Shown: positions 25,201-37,445 of the stretch, piece by piece
How the letters are laid out: every line of letters starts with the position of its first letter
Position numbering within the stretch: the stretch's first letter is position 1
Assembly (NCBI RefSeq): GCF_009914755.1
Contig: NC_060925.1
Length of the DNA: 64,000 nt
Direction: 5' to 3' (one strand)
Origin: the human T2T-CHM13v2.0 reference genome, Homo sapiens
Program-made: the position numbers and the translations under genes
Notes under the pieces: model-generated
Database searches by the model: none
What the model was told of the DNA's origin: nothing
Seen by the model: only the letters and a program-made list of their open reading frames with translations

Positions 25201-27120
25201 AATGCCAGATGGCATTGAGACAGCATTTACAATTTACAATTCAAAAATCCACAAATTCACAGTGGAACTTTGTGAACTTTGATTCTAAAGCCACCATTGT
25301 CATGGAAATCAAGATGTTCCATAATTATCTTTATCATGTGTATGAGTATAAGCCTCCTAGAGCTCTATTTCTTAAGTTTAATGCTACACTCTTAAGTGGA
25401 ACCATGTATTCAACTAATTTTCCTAGTGTCCATCCTATACTTGTCTATAAACGGAGGAGCAAAATTAAATGTGAATCCAATCAAGATTATCTTTTACTGT
25501 TTCTGTGGCAAGTTTTAAGTTTGGAAGCCCTTTCTTATTAATCAGCACTTCAGGTAATCATGTATTAGGATGAAATATATAGGATTCCATCTTCGCTTAT
25601 CTTAACCTAAACCATTCAACTTATTCATAAGTTGTCAACATGACTTGATTGTACAGAAATGTTGCTTTTAATGAAAAAGTGAAATTTTATTATCTATTCG
25701 GTGATTATGTTACTTTAGCCACATAATGTGACACACCCAGAAACAGTTCTCATGAAGGCATTGGAAAAGTACTCTGATGACCTGAACTGATGTTGAAATT
25801 TCAGAGATTCTTAGCTCTACGTCAGTGAGTGGGAAAGGACATCCAGTTTCCTGTGGATGTTGACCAAGACACCTCATACAAAAATACAAAATAGACTTAC
25901 AAGAATATTCTAGAGAAAAGACCTCATGGTAGACTCATTCTCATAGTGATTTGACATACCCTCAGCTCTATCTCAAACCTCTGTTTCAATAATTACAGCT
26001 CTGTGATAATGATTTACAACCCACATGTTGCCAGACACTACTGTTTCTGATTATAGTCTTCTTTTGAATTTAAATAATTTGTGGACTTTATCCAAGTGTC
26101 TGGGTGATGTTGTAATTCATTATTGATGAGAAAAAGAATAAGCTAAAATCATAGTGCTGGTTATGAAGGCTATATTAAATCAATTGCTATAGTCAATAAA
26201 ATAATTTTAATTAATGGGGGTGGAGTCTGAAGACTTACCTTATCTTTTCTCATCTACAACACCATGTATGTTTCTTCTTTTCTATTGCTTCCCCATCACC
26301 TAGTACCATATACAACTGCTAAATATTTTTGAATAAATGAACGTGTTGAAGAAATGTACGTAAAATCTAAAAATATACTTTTGATGCAAGTATAATCTGT
26401 CTAAATTCCCCTTCCCTGATTTTTACTGGAAACATTTAGTTCTTCCTGAGAGTTACAAACCTAGATGACCCTGTGCCTGTGCCTAATTGTTTGTGTGCAC
26501 GTGAATCTGTGGCATTTCCATGTTTATTAACTGTGAAACCATTCCCTCCAGAGTAACTAGATAACAGCATGATGATCACAAGCAACTCTTTCAGATTTAT
26601 GGAAGCCTTGATATATATTTTTAAGCTACATAGCCTATGAGTTCACTAGATTAGAGTGTATGAACCAATAACTTTATTTGATTTATGCTAAAATCGAACC
26701 ATTTTATATTTCTTCACTTATTACCTCTGTTCCATCCCCTGTATGTTTATTGCTATCTTAAAATATTTTCCAAAGTTATTTTTTAGTTTTTTAAAGTTTT
26801 ATGTCTTTTTTTGTTTGCTTGTTGTCATATTTTATTTAATTAAATGCCATTTTCTTGCCAACAGCCAATATATTTAGTGATTAAACACTTAAACCATTGA
26901 TGACTTTATGTGACAAAAATGAAGAATCTGCTGTCATTATTCTTATTTAACTTAGCTCTGGAAAGACTGTTCAGTCCAATAAGAGTTGAAAATCAATAAT
27001 ATATAGCTATTGAAAGATGTGGAGATAAAATGCCATTATTTTTAAGCATTGCTTACTTTGGTTTTCCAGGTAAAAACCGAAATCAAACAAACAAACAAAA
27101 ATAACAAGTTCAGTACAGAA

Positions 27121-27917
27121 TAGTTGTTTTCAAAATGTGGTCCTCAAGACCCCCTCAGAGGTTTGTTAAGATCCAAGTTATTTTATTTATTTATTTTTTG
27201 AGACAGGGTTTTGCTCTGTCACCCAGGCTGGAGAGCATGATCACAGCTCAGTGTCCCCTTGACCTCCCAGGCTCAAGCAATTCTCCCACCTCAGCCTCCC
27301 TAGTAGCTGGGATTATGCCACCAGGCCCAGCTAATTTTTTGTATTTCTTGTAGAGATGGGGTTTCACTGTATTGCCTAGGCTGGTCTCCAACTCCAGAGC
27401 TCAAGTAATTCACCTGCCTCAGTCTCCCAAAGTGCTGGGATTAAAGGCAGGAGCCGCCACACTTGGCCAAAGATATTTTCTCTATAGTACTAAGATGTTT
27501 TTGTCTTTTCAATATAAAAAATACATAATAATGTGTCTCACTTTTTGAGTTTACAATGAAGTCTGCCAGCAGCTATGTGATGTGCTATTCCAACAGATTG
27601 AAAGCAGAAACATATTAAAATACGCCTGTTTTCTATTAAGCTAGATATTAAAAGAGATTTATAAAATTGTAAAATTGTTTCTCTTCTCACTATGTATTTT
27701 GTTTTAGAGACATAATTATTTATTGTAAAAATAGATCACTTAGGTTAACATATATGGGCTTTCTTGATATTTTTACAAGAACATCTTAAAAATCAGAAAT
27801 TCAAACCAATACAGGAAATGTGAACAGTTATAACTGGCACAAACAGAAGATCTTTGATATCTTCATTAATTTTTGAGACTGTAAACTATTTTAAGATAAA
27901 AATTTTGAGAATTGCTG
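27121..27917 (+). mobile_element. Charlie4a-like hAT DNA transposon, split by an AluJ
   Basis: tagttgttttcaaaatgtggtcc...caacagattgaaagcagaa...ttctattaagctagatattaaaagagattt...tttgagaattgctg; degenerate 8-bp TSD gtacagaa / gtgcagag. Confidence 0.75.
27178..27468 (-). mobile_element. AluJ nested in the Charlie element
   Basis: gagacagggttttgctc...tcacagctca...ggctcaagcaattctcccacctcagcc (J-type features). Confidence 0.92.
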
Positions 27918-28059
27918 GTGCAGAGGATTGGCAATATATATTTATGTATACAACAGCAATAACCAATTATAATTCAAAGTGGAAAAAAAGTGAAATATTT
28001 GGGAATAACCTTATAGATCTATATGGTATATATAATCAGTATAGTATAGGGAACTCAAT

Positions 28060-29345
28060 ACATAGAGATTCATACCATCTTCCTTGGTATGAAGTTTGAG
28101 TATTATAATAGTGTTTACTTTTTCATTTATAGATTTCATCTATTTCCAAACATTTAACATATGTGAAGTATTCAACATATTTCAATGGAAATGTGTTAAA
28201 TCTATGAAAATAAAAATTTTTGTAAGATTTAAATTCTAAAGTTTATACAGGAATAAGAGAGCAATAACTACAAAAACATTTAAAAGAAAGATAATGAAGG
28301 GAAACCTGCCTTATCTGATACTATAGTTACAACACAGAGTTAGATGAATAGAATTAGCTATCTCAAGCTTCACTGTGTGTTGTGCATATGTGTGTATATG
28401 TATATACTTCTGTGCATTTAATATTAGATAAAGGAATCATTCATGTTCAGTATTATTCATGATAAGGGTTATATAAATGGAACCATATTTTATCACTTCA
28501 TTAAAGATAAATGTCATTAATATTAGAAATATTGCTAAGCATTTGTAAATTGTTGGGGGGCAGTTGTAAATGGAAACAACCTTCTAAGATACTTATTCGC
28601 TACTATACATCAAATGCTTAAAACATTCATAATCTTTTTTTTTTTTTTTTTTTTTTTGAAATGGAGTCTCACTCTGTCGCCCAGGCTGGAGTGCAGTGGC
28701 ACAATCTCGGCTCACTGCAAGCTCCGTCTCCGGGTTCACACCATTCTCCTGCCTCCACCTCCCGAGTAGCTGGGACTACAGGCGCCCGCTACCACGCTCG
28801 GCTAGTTTTTTGTATTTTTAGTAGAGATGGGGTTTCACCATGTTAGCCAGGATGGTCTCGATCTCCTGACCTCGTGATCCACCCGCCTCGGCCTTCCAAA
28901 GTGCTGGGATTACAGGTGTGAGCCACCACGCCCCACCGAAAACATTCATAATCTTTAATGTGACAACTTTATTCCTAGCAATCTCTCCTGGGGAAATGTT
29001 CAGAAATAGGAAAATATTTATACATAAATATGTTCACAACAGCACATTTTATATTAATTCAAATTTTAGAACAACATATATATCTACATATTGGGCAATG
29101 ATTAAATAAATATGGTAATAAAAAAAAACCTGCATGTGGAATAGTATTAACTAAGTAAGAGTAGAGAATACAAATATGTAAAAGAGGATATAAAACTACC
29201 AGGGGTAGATATTGTAATACATTAAAAGTGGTTATCTCTGGATTCTGGAATTATGGGTACTTTTTATTATCTTCTTTATGCCTTTTTGTATTTTCTTATT
29301 TTTTTTTTTTACAAAGATCATATATCACTGTTAAAGTAAATAAAA
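28060..29345 (+). mobile_element. Decayed L1ME (ORF2 end + 3' UTR), interrupted by AluY
   Basis: ttctaaagtttata...gaagggaaacctgcctta; tgtaaatggaaacaacc; tgttcacaacagcacatttt; agtggttatctctgga...ttatgggtactttt. Confidence 0.6.
28635..28937 (-). mobile_element. AluY
   Basis: Y diagnostics ctgcaagctccg, ggttcacaccattctcc, ttagccaggatggtctcgatctcc; T23 tail; TSD aaaacattcataatcttt at 28620-37 and 28939-56. Confidence 0.96.
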
Positions 29346-30498
29346 GCAATGTAATTTAATTTACACAGAACTATTGATATTTTAATTCATAGATTAAGAC
29401 AAATCAGACATATTTCATAATGGTCAGTTCTGAAATGAGATTTTGTATTACATTTCAGCTATGGGTTACCTGTTCTTTTTCATGTGCCTGTGACTTCCTT
29501 GAGTAGTACCCCATTTTCAGAGTGTACTTATTGTCCATTTGCCAGCAAACTGTGTAACCTTAAACCAAACACTTTTCTTCTCTTGGCCTTTAATTTCCTT
29601 ATCAAATGATGTTTCTTCCAATTCTATAATATGAAGATTAAGTAGTAAAGATCTCCAAAGCTATATTTCCAACTGAAACATCATCCTCTGTAATCTGTCT
29701 CTCTTCTACTGTACATTTTCTCCTAACATATTGTCTTATCTTTTGTGCTTCTCCTTCTCCAACCCCCACCTCCCAACATGGGATGATTGAAGAAGGGATT
29801 ATAATGTCATCTTTCTGTCTTTCTCTTAGTACTACTCAACATTCTCAGCAATAGATCTTAGTGGTCTCTATGTAATATTGCTGGCAGATTGTCATCTACA
29901 GAGCTTTGGTGATTCTTATTGTCATAGAATTTATTAAAATCTGTAGAAATTCTAAGAGTCTACATCTACGTGGACTGCCTTAAGCTTGAAAGTGAAGTCC
30001 TGTTGCCTTTTCCTTTTCATCTTAAGTTGTTTTGCTAGCTCTTTATGATATAGGCTTGGTACAGTTATAGCCAACCCAGACTTGGATCATATATTTAACA
30101 TTTGAAATGAGCAGCACTTTGGAAATACTTTCTTTATGATGAAGCTATTATATATTATTGTAACTATAGTTTGCAACCTGCTATTTTTATGCTGTGGTGG
30201 TTACTGGAGGACATTGTTAAATTTAGTTGTTAATTCAAATAAGTCATTAAATATGTTAATGGATGACAATATGAAAGCATGTTGGTGCAATATTATAACC
30301 TTCATGCCAATCAATTCACTTGATATCACATGTCAGTTTCTTATAACTTAACTGTTATTAAATTCTCCAGTATAAAGTTTTAAGCTATATTATACATTTT
30401 AAATGGAAGAGCAAAATGTTAGAGTTGATTCTCTTTGTCAAATAAGTCATTTCTGGGGTGGAATATATGCTGTTTGATGCCTCTGTGTGATTCATGTG

Positions 30499-30527
30499 TA
30501 CTGATAAATTTCTTTTTAAACTTGCAG
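30499..30527 (+). promoter_or_regulatory. Putative branch point (ctgAt, A30504), pyrimidine tract and 3' splice site
   Basis: taCTGATaaatttctttttaaacttgcAG fits yTnAy ~24 nt upstream of the exon start. Confidence 0.6.
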
Positions 30528-30645
30528 CAAATAGTGGCAGCAATAAATGCAGGGATTATACCGTTAGGAAACACCTCCAATCAAATCAGTCACTGGGATT
30601 TGGGAAGTTCCTTCTTCTTTGCTGGCACTGTTATTACAACCATAG
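30528..30645 (+). CDS. KCNK2: Internal coding exon (probably exon 3) of potassium two-pore domain channel TREK-1/K2P2.1: cap C-terminal part, N-glycosylation sequon NTS, pore helix 1, start of selectivity filter 1
   Basis: Translates to [39 protein letters not shown]+G, which I recognise as TREK-1 (continues GFGNISPRT in the next exon). Acceptor tttctttttaaacttgcAG (30526-27), donor GTagga (30646-47); 118 nt, phase 0 start, phase 1 end. Confidence 0.97.
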
Positions 30646-31429
30646 GTAGGAGACAACTTATTTTTGTTTTTTGTTTTGATACCGTTTGTGAGCTAAAATC
30701 CATTTGTTTGAATTTTTTGTATAGTTGGGCAAAATGATCTACTTAAGGTAGAAAAACTAGATTATAGTAAATTGATTTTGAAAAGGGGATTTAAAGATTT
30801 AAACAAAAGAATAATGGAAATGAATTAGTTATTTTAGAATACTGAGTTGACTTTAAAATACATGTGAAACAGAAGCAATGCAGCAGTCATTTGACTAATG
30901 GTAGTAATGTCAAGAAACAGCTTAAAATGATTATTTCTTTAGGCAATTAGTTTTTAATTTTCCTGAATTTTTGATATTTTTTGTGTAGCAATTTTGACAT
31001 TCTTTTCATGGAAGTTCTTACGTGATATCACCTTTTCGAATTTGTAAATTTTAACTCTACATTTTAACAGATTGTGCCTGTTATATGGTCATTTATGATG
31101 ATTACTTCAGGGCTTTTTTTTAATATACATTATATTTTGCCCGTAGCACATATATAAAAATTTAACACTGAAATGTAAGGATTATAAAAAGTATGAAAGT
31201 TTAGACCCCTGATGTTTTACCTTTTAATCGCATTGTTTGTTATAATGTTGAAAGGGTTGCATAATGGAACGTGGTCTGTTTTTTCAACTCACTGACACAT
31301 ATGTTTGACATCTTCTAAAGCGGCAGAATGGGTACATGTAGATGTCCTCTCTCTGCTAGGTTGTCATTCAGTGCCCAAAAGCTATTCAGGAAACCTAAAC
31401 ACAGACCCCACAGTGAAAGCTATGTTTGT

Positions 31430-31677
31430 GAATGAGAACACTTGGACACAGGAAGGGGAACATCACACACCAGGGCCTGTTGTGGGGTGGGGAGATGGGG
31501 GAGGGATAGCATTAGGAGATACACCTAATGTAAATGATGAGTTAATGGGTGCAGCACACCAACATGGCACATGTATACATATGTAACAAACCTGCACGTT
31601 GTGCACATGTACCCTAGAACTTGAAGTATAATAAATATATATATATATATATAAAATAAAATTTGAAAAAAAAAAAA
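31430..31677 (+). mobile_element. L1PA4/5-like 3' end, sense to KCNK2
   Basis: aatgagaacacttggacacaggaaggggaacatcacacac...gtgcacatgtaccctagaacttgaagtataataaa; TSD gaaagctatgtttgt (31415-29) / gaaagccatgtttgt (31678-92). Confidence 0.94.
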
Positions 31678-33319
31678 GAAAGCCATGTTTGTCATTCTGT
31701 GAGACTTGGGAAGGGTAATAGCTGCCTTGTTCATGGAAAGAGATGCATTTAAAGCATATTTTTTAAGAAAGAGAAGGAAATGGGCTCATCATAGTTATGA
31801 AGGAATTTCAGGTGTGAGAAAATATATGTAAAAAAGGGAGTTTTTTCTTTCCACATACCTTTGTGAAGAGATTTTCATCTCATGGGACTAGTTTCAGATT
31901 ATGGGATAAATTGAGACCCTAAAAGTTTTAATCTTATTTTTTGATGTCATTCATAAATTATGACATGTATAACATTTTCATATCAGTAGATTATATCAAA
32001 GTACTAAATAAGAGAACATGGAAAATTTACGGATGAACTCTGACTTAAAAGTTTTCCTTTTACAGGTATTTGTACTGTTCTATTGTTATGAGTCCACTAT
32101 AGTGCCTCTTTGCGCTGGATCACATGCCAGCAAAATACATACTTTAGCATGCTGATTTTTTGCCTTTTTTAAGAGGTCAAGAAACTATGTTTACTCTTAC
32201 ATTTCCATCAGCTAGGTCAAAAGTTGTGTGGCTGTGAAAATCTGGAAGAATGGCAACCTTGATTTCTAACCATAATAACAGGTTAAGTTTGGGGCTTAGA
32301 CATCTTGGCCATTTCTACTATGGAAATAACTATTTATTGTGTAAACTACTTAGAGTCTAGAAGAAAAAAAGCTTACAGACTGAGTGAGAATGGTTTGTTT
32401 CTGCCAACGAAAATTCAAAAGTCTAAGTTATAACTCATCATGACCACCACTAAATTATTTTGCAGGAGACTCAGTCATTATACAGACTTACTGTTGCCCT
32501 GTATGTTTATAAACAGTCTCATTTTTTGAATCCCCTAATACAGTAAGTTTTGCAGACATACACTTCAACACATGAAAAAAAATAAACCATTATTACCAGC
32601 CTTACTCCAAATTATAGCCATTAAGCACAGTAGCTGATCATTTAGGCCCTTTAGGTAGTTGCCTGACAGCCCAGATCTCCTACTGTTCTATCTCAGGCTT
32701 TAGTCTTCAGTGGATTAAGTCATTCTGAGTGACCCACATGAGGACTTTTTACTGCATGGTCTTTTACTCTTGAGGTCAACACCATGTCCTCTAATCTTGG
32801 ACTAGGTTATGGTGGTCTTGGGCAAGGGAAAAAATTTGGCCTCTTCCCTAAGTGTGCATTTGACATTAAAGTCATTATTCCATAAAATTCAAAGTATAAT
32901 TAATAATATTGCTAATGATAATAATTGTGTGAACTTTGAAGTGATTTTTAGCAATCATAGAAATTATGACCTTTAGCAATAGCTGCATTGCATAAGACAT
33001 TTTAAAATGACATTAGAAGTTGGGAGGGTTTTGGAAAATAAATTGCAGTGGCTTTTATAGGGTTCCTGGTACAGGCAGTGCTTCACGGAGCTGAGTTGGC
33101 CACAGTTGTCCAAGGTTTTTGTGTTCAATTTCATCAATTTTTCTAAGAAACAGACATGATCCTTACTATTCCTTGGAAATATGCCCAAGGAAGTTATACA
33201 AAATAAAATATTAAAATTTAAGACCAAAGTTTAGAATTCTCTTCATATATCTAAACATCCTTTCCAAAGTTATACCCTTCCAAATTCTTCACAAATTCTA
33301 TTCCATAGTTTCACAGACT

Positions 33320-33670
33320 GAAATCCATTCTTGACCATTCCTTTTCTCTCATATGCCACTTCCATTCCATATACCAGTCCTGTTGGCTTTGCCTTTAAAT
33401 TATATACATACTTTAACCACTGCTCCACATTCAAATTGCCACCATTTTTGTCCAAAGCAGCATCATCACATGCCAGCAGCATTGCAGAAACCTTCTGTTC
33501 AGAACTCTGCTGTGGTTTCCAGCTCAGTCAGAGCAAAAGCCATAGTCCCTTGCTGATTTTTCATAGTAAAATGCAAGCTCTATGAAGTTAGGGATTTTTA
33601 ATTATTTGCATCTTGTCTGTATCTCCAAATGCCTGATACATATTGGGTGCATAATAATTATTTTTGAAAC
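33320..33670 (+). mobile_element. L2 fragment
   Basis: agtcctgttggctttgccttt...atgcaagctctatgaag...atctccaaatgcctgatacatattgggtgcataata. Confidence 0.7.
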
Positions 33671-33789
33671 TAAAAACAAATAGGCATTTCATATGGTCTG
33701 AACTATGACTTATTGGAAATTACATAACACCATATTGATACCTGTGAGGCTAAATTATTAGCCCTTTCAACAGATTTCATTGCCAGTTT

Positions 33790-35755
33790 GTTTATTTATT
33801 AATTCAACAAATAATAAAACACTATCACTCTGTTGCTGTAAAGATAAAAAATAAATTCATTGACTTTAAGTTGTACATAGATCAGTCAGGGAGAAGTGTG
33901 AATAAATACACATTTACAATACAGTGTGCCAAGAGTTGTGAGTTAAGAGCATTTAATGGGAACATATTGGTGCAACACTTTACATAGATATTGGGTGGGT
34001 AGGTGAGTGAGAAAGAGTTGAGGGATGCTTCCTTTTCCTTAGTAGGCATTGTCCCAGTTGACTGGAAAGAATTAGGAATTTGCTGGGTGAAGAAAGTTGG
34101 AAAGGGAGGCTTGCAGGCATCGGGAGCTCATGTGGAAAAGATCAGAGGTAAAAGACAGTGTGGTCTGTTTGGCTACTGCCATTTGTCTAGAATGGCTGCT
34201 GGGAGTTGATGGGATTCATCCTCAGAATCATTTTAATCAGTAAGTCAATGTAAGAAGCTCCTGCTGGATCTGTGCTACTTCTGCTGCTGCCAGGAGTACA
34301 AAGGAAGTAAGGACGTAGTCCCTGCTTGCAATCTCATTTGGGAGACAACATTTCCACGTATGAAATGACTGAAGAATAACAAAAATAAGTCTTGGATAAT
34401 CAAATGTAACACAGAGCAGGGGTTTCAGTGCTATGAGAATTGAGAAAAAGGGAAGAATACATGGGCTGGAACTGAAAGGAAAGGCTTAAGTGGGGAAGTT
34501 GGATTTGAACTGTGACTTGAAGAAAATGTTTTGATTTAGACTGAGGAAGGGGAAAAAGCCTCCCAGTCTGTGGCATGACTAAGCAAAAATCCAAAAAGAG
34601 AAGTTAGCTGGATTTGTTTTGGTGATAGAAAGGTAAGTGTTAGAGTAGACTTGTTTAAAGGAATTGTTTAAAGAAGAATTGTTTAAAGAAGTAGGGGGAA
34701 GTAATGTTGACTGCTTTAGATGAAAAGAATGCATTGAAAATAATCCCATTTTTGAGGATCTACTACAATAAGATGGAACATGGATTTTTAATAAAAGTGA
34801 AGTAAAAGTTTAAAAGTGACATTTGTCAGGAAGAGGATTAGCAAATACTGACAGTTTGTCTGAGAGAGCAGTTAGGAGGCATTGCAGTGACCCAGGGAAG
34901 GAGGGATGTATTGACTGGGATGATTGGAGTTGGTGTGGAAGGACAGGAGTAACCACAAAATGTCGAAATAATTAGATACAAGAATCAATAGGCCTTGGTG
35001 ACTAATAGAATGAAGAGACAAGAGTCAAAATATTGAAAGTGAAGTGAGTATTTAGGCAGCAGTCTTGTAACTCATGGACAGTGCTAGTTGATTTTTTTTG
35101 TGAGAAAGGAGTAAAAATATGGCCAAGATTTTATATGTTGTATTATTTTAGGAAGATTCATTTTAGTCATTCCCTTCTCCCCCTACCCCCATTTTTTGTT
35201 TGTTTGTTTGTTTCTTCTTGAATTCAGCAAGACTAGAAATATTGGGGTTGAAGAAACCAATGATCAATCAGTACATTAAAAACAAGACCATGAATGATTG
35301 CAATAAATGTAGCAAAAGAAACTCATGACAGAGAGTAGATGATGGAGCCAGAGTAAGGAGTGGGAGGTGTTCTAAAGAGGCTGATTCAAGAACTCTCTGA
35401 GGAGGTGACATTTAAGCTGAACCCTGAATGATGAAAATAAATCAGCTATGTAAAGAAAAGTGGAAAGATTAATGAAGGCAAAGGGCACAACAATGCAAAG
35501 ATCTGGGTGGGACAGATTTTGGCATGTTCAAAGAATACAGATGAGGCAGTGCCTGGGGGACTGGAGGAAGGGGAGCCGGAGAAAGAAGTGAGGTTAGAGA
35601 GATAAGAGGCAGCAAGATCATGTAGGACTCTATAGGTCCTGGTAACATTCTAAATTCAGTAGGCAGCCACTGAAAGATTTAAGCAAAAGACAAACAAGCA
35701 TGATGTGATGCTGGCTGTCATTCAGAAGGCAAAAGCTGAAGCAGAAGACCATTGA
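33790..35755 (-). mobile_element. Cluster of L2 fragments
   Basis: aattcaacaaata...; cagttaggaggcattgcagtgacccagg; ctctctgaggaggtgacatttaagctga; gcagccactgaaagattttaagc. Confidence 0.6.
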
Positions 35756-35759
35756 AAAA

Positions 35760-36540
35760 TGTGGTATAATACAAAAATATATTTGGTCTTTGACCCAGGT
35801 TCTTGGCCCAGAGCTCCTAGAAACCTTGGGATTTTCTGAGTGATGGGAATGTCTTCTGTTATTCAAAACAAGCCTCTTTCAACCATGTCTGAGTTTATGC
35901 TAATGAGGTGACTACTGGTGGGCTGCTAGATAGCTTCAAGATGGGGGCTAATAGCCAGAGAAACCAACCATGTGATTATCAGATTGGAACTTTCAGCCTC
36001 ACTCCCAGGACTCTGGGGAGGGAAGAATGGCCAGAGGTTGAGTTTAATCACCAATGGCCAATTATTTAATCGTCAGGCCTACTTCATGAAAGCTCCATAA
36101 AATCCCCTAAATGATGGAGTTCAGAGAGCTTCTGGGTTGGTGAATACTGGTGGTGGGAGGGTAGTATGGCGGGGGAAGCTGTGGAACATAGAAGCTCCGT
36201 ACCCCCTACTTCTACGCATACCCAAATGCATCTCTTCCATTTGGCTGTTCCTAAATTATATCCTTTATGATAGACAGCATTAGTAAGGAAAATGCTTTCC
36301 AGAGTTCTGTGAATCTTTCTAGGGAGTTAACCAATCTGAGGAGAGGTCCTAGGAACCCCTGAATTTGCAGTTGGCCAGGCAGAAAGAAATGTGAGCAGCA
36401 CAGCATGCCATTTGCTACTGGTGTCTGACTTGGAAGCTGTCCTGTGGACTGAGCTCTTAATCTGTAGGTCTGGACTCCTACAGAATTGAATTGAATTGTT
36501 GTTGTTAGAGAATCAGAGAACTGGGTGGAGGAAACATCTC
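35760..36540 (+). mobile_element. MER21C-like solo ERV LTR
   Basis: tgtggtataatacaaaaatatatttggtctttg...gagtttatgctaatgaggtgact...tggaactttcagcc...gagagcttctgggttggtgaa. Confidence 0.85.
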
Positions 36541-36727
36541 ACAGACTTGTTAATCTATTAATCCATATGGGAAAAGATGTTGACTTGAACTAAGGAGGTA
36601 GCAGTGAGGAGGGTGAAAGGTGGACAGATATGTGGTCTTAAAAAAAGTTTACAGATGGAGATATACTCCTCTCAGAATAATGCTTTAGAGGGCTTAGCGT
36701 TTAATTTTTAAGTTTTTTTTATTTTTA

Positions 36728-37028
<301 letters not shown>

Positions 37029-37180
37029 AAGTTTTTTTTATTTTTAAGTTTTTTTTTAATCTTATCAGTTAAACTATGGGAAAGGCAGTTGGCAAAAATG
37101 ACGTATGGACAACTGTATTCTATTTCAAGACCAATTTAAAGATTAGAATAAAATGTAAGAAGATTTTATTACTTGGAAGC

Positions 37181-37445
37181 ATTAAAATTATAATTTTTAT
37201 AATTATATAAATATAATATCAATTTATTATATATTACATATTAATTTTATTGATATAGTAATATGTAATTAGTATATTTATATTTTATATAATTATATTA
37301 TTATGTATTATATTCATATATTATTTTATATAAATTATATATTGATATTAATGTATGCAAATTATTAATATATAAAATTATATTAATTATAATTATATAT
37401 TAATCTAGTTATATGTTAATATAATTTAATATAATTATATTTAAA
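37181..37445. repeat. AT-rich low-complexity tract
   Basis: ~260 nt almost entirely A/T. Confidence 0.9.

Noticed and set aside
25170-25541. 123-aa ORF in unique sequence
   Set aside because: TTG start, no recognisable domain, length compatible with chance in 64 kb across six frames.
30435-30737. 100-aa ORF as a standalone gene
   Set aside because: Only 30528-30645 matches TREK-1 and is bounded by splice sites; the ORF starts at a non-ATG codon and the flanks are intronic.
34651-34691. Three copies of ttgtttaaag(aa)gaa resembling a repeat array
   Set aside because: Short slippage tandem repeat with no spacers; not CRISPR-like, and the DNA is eukaryotic.
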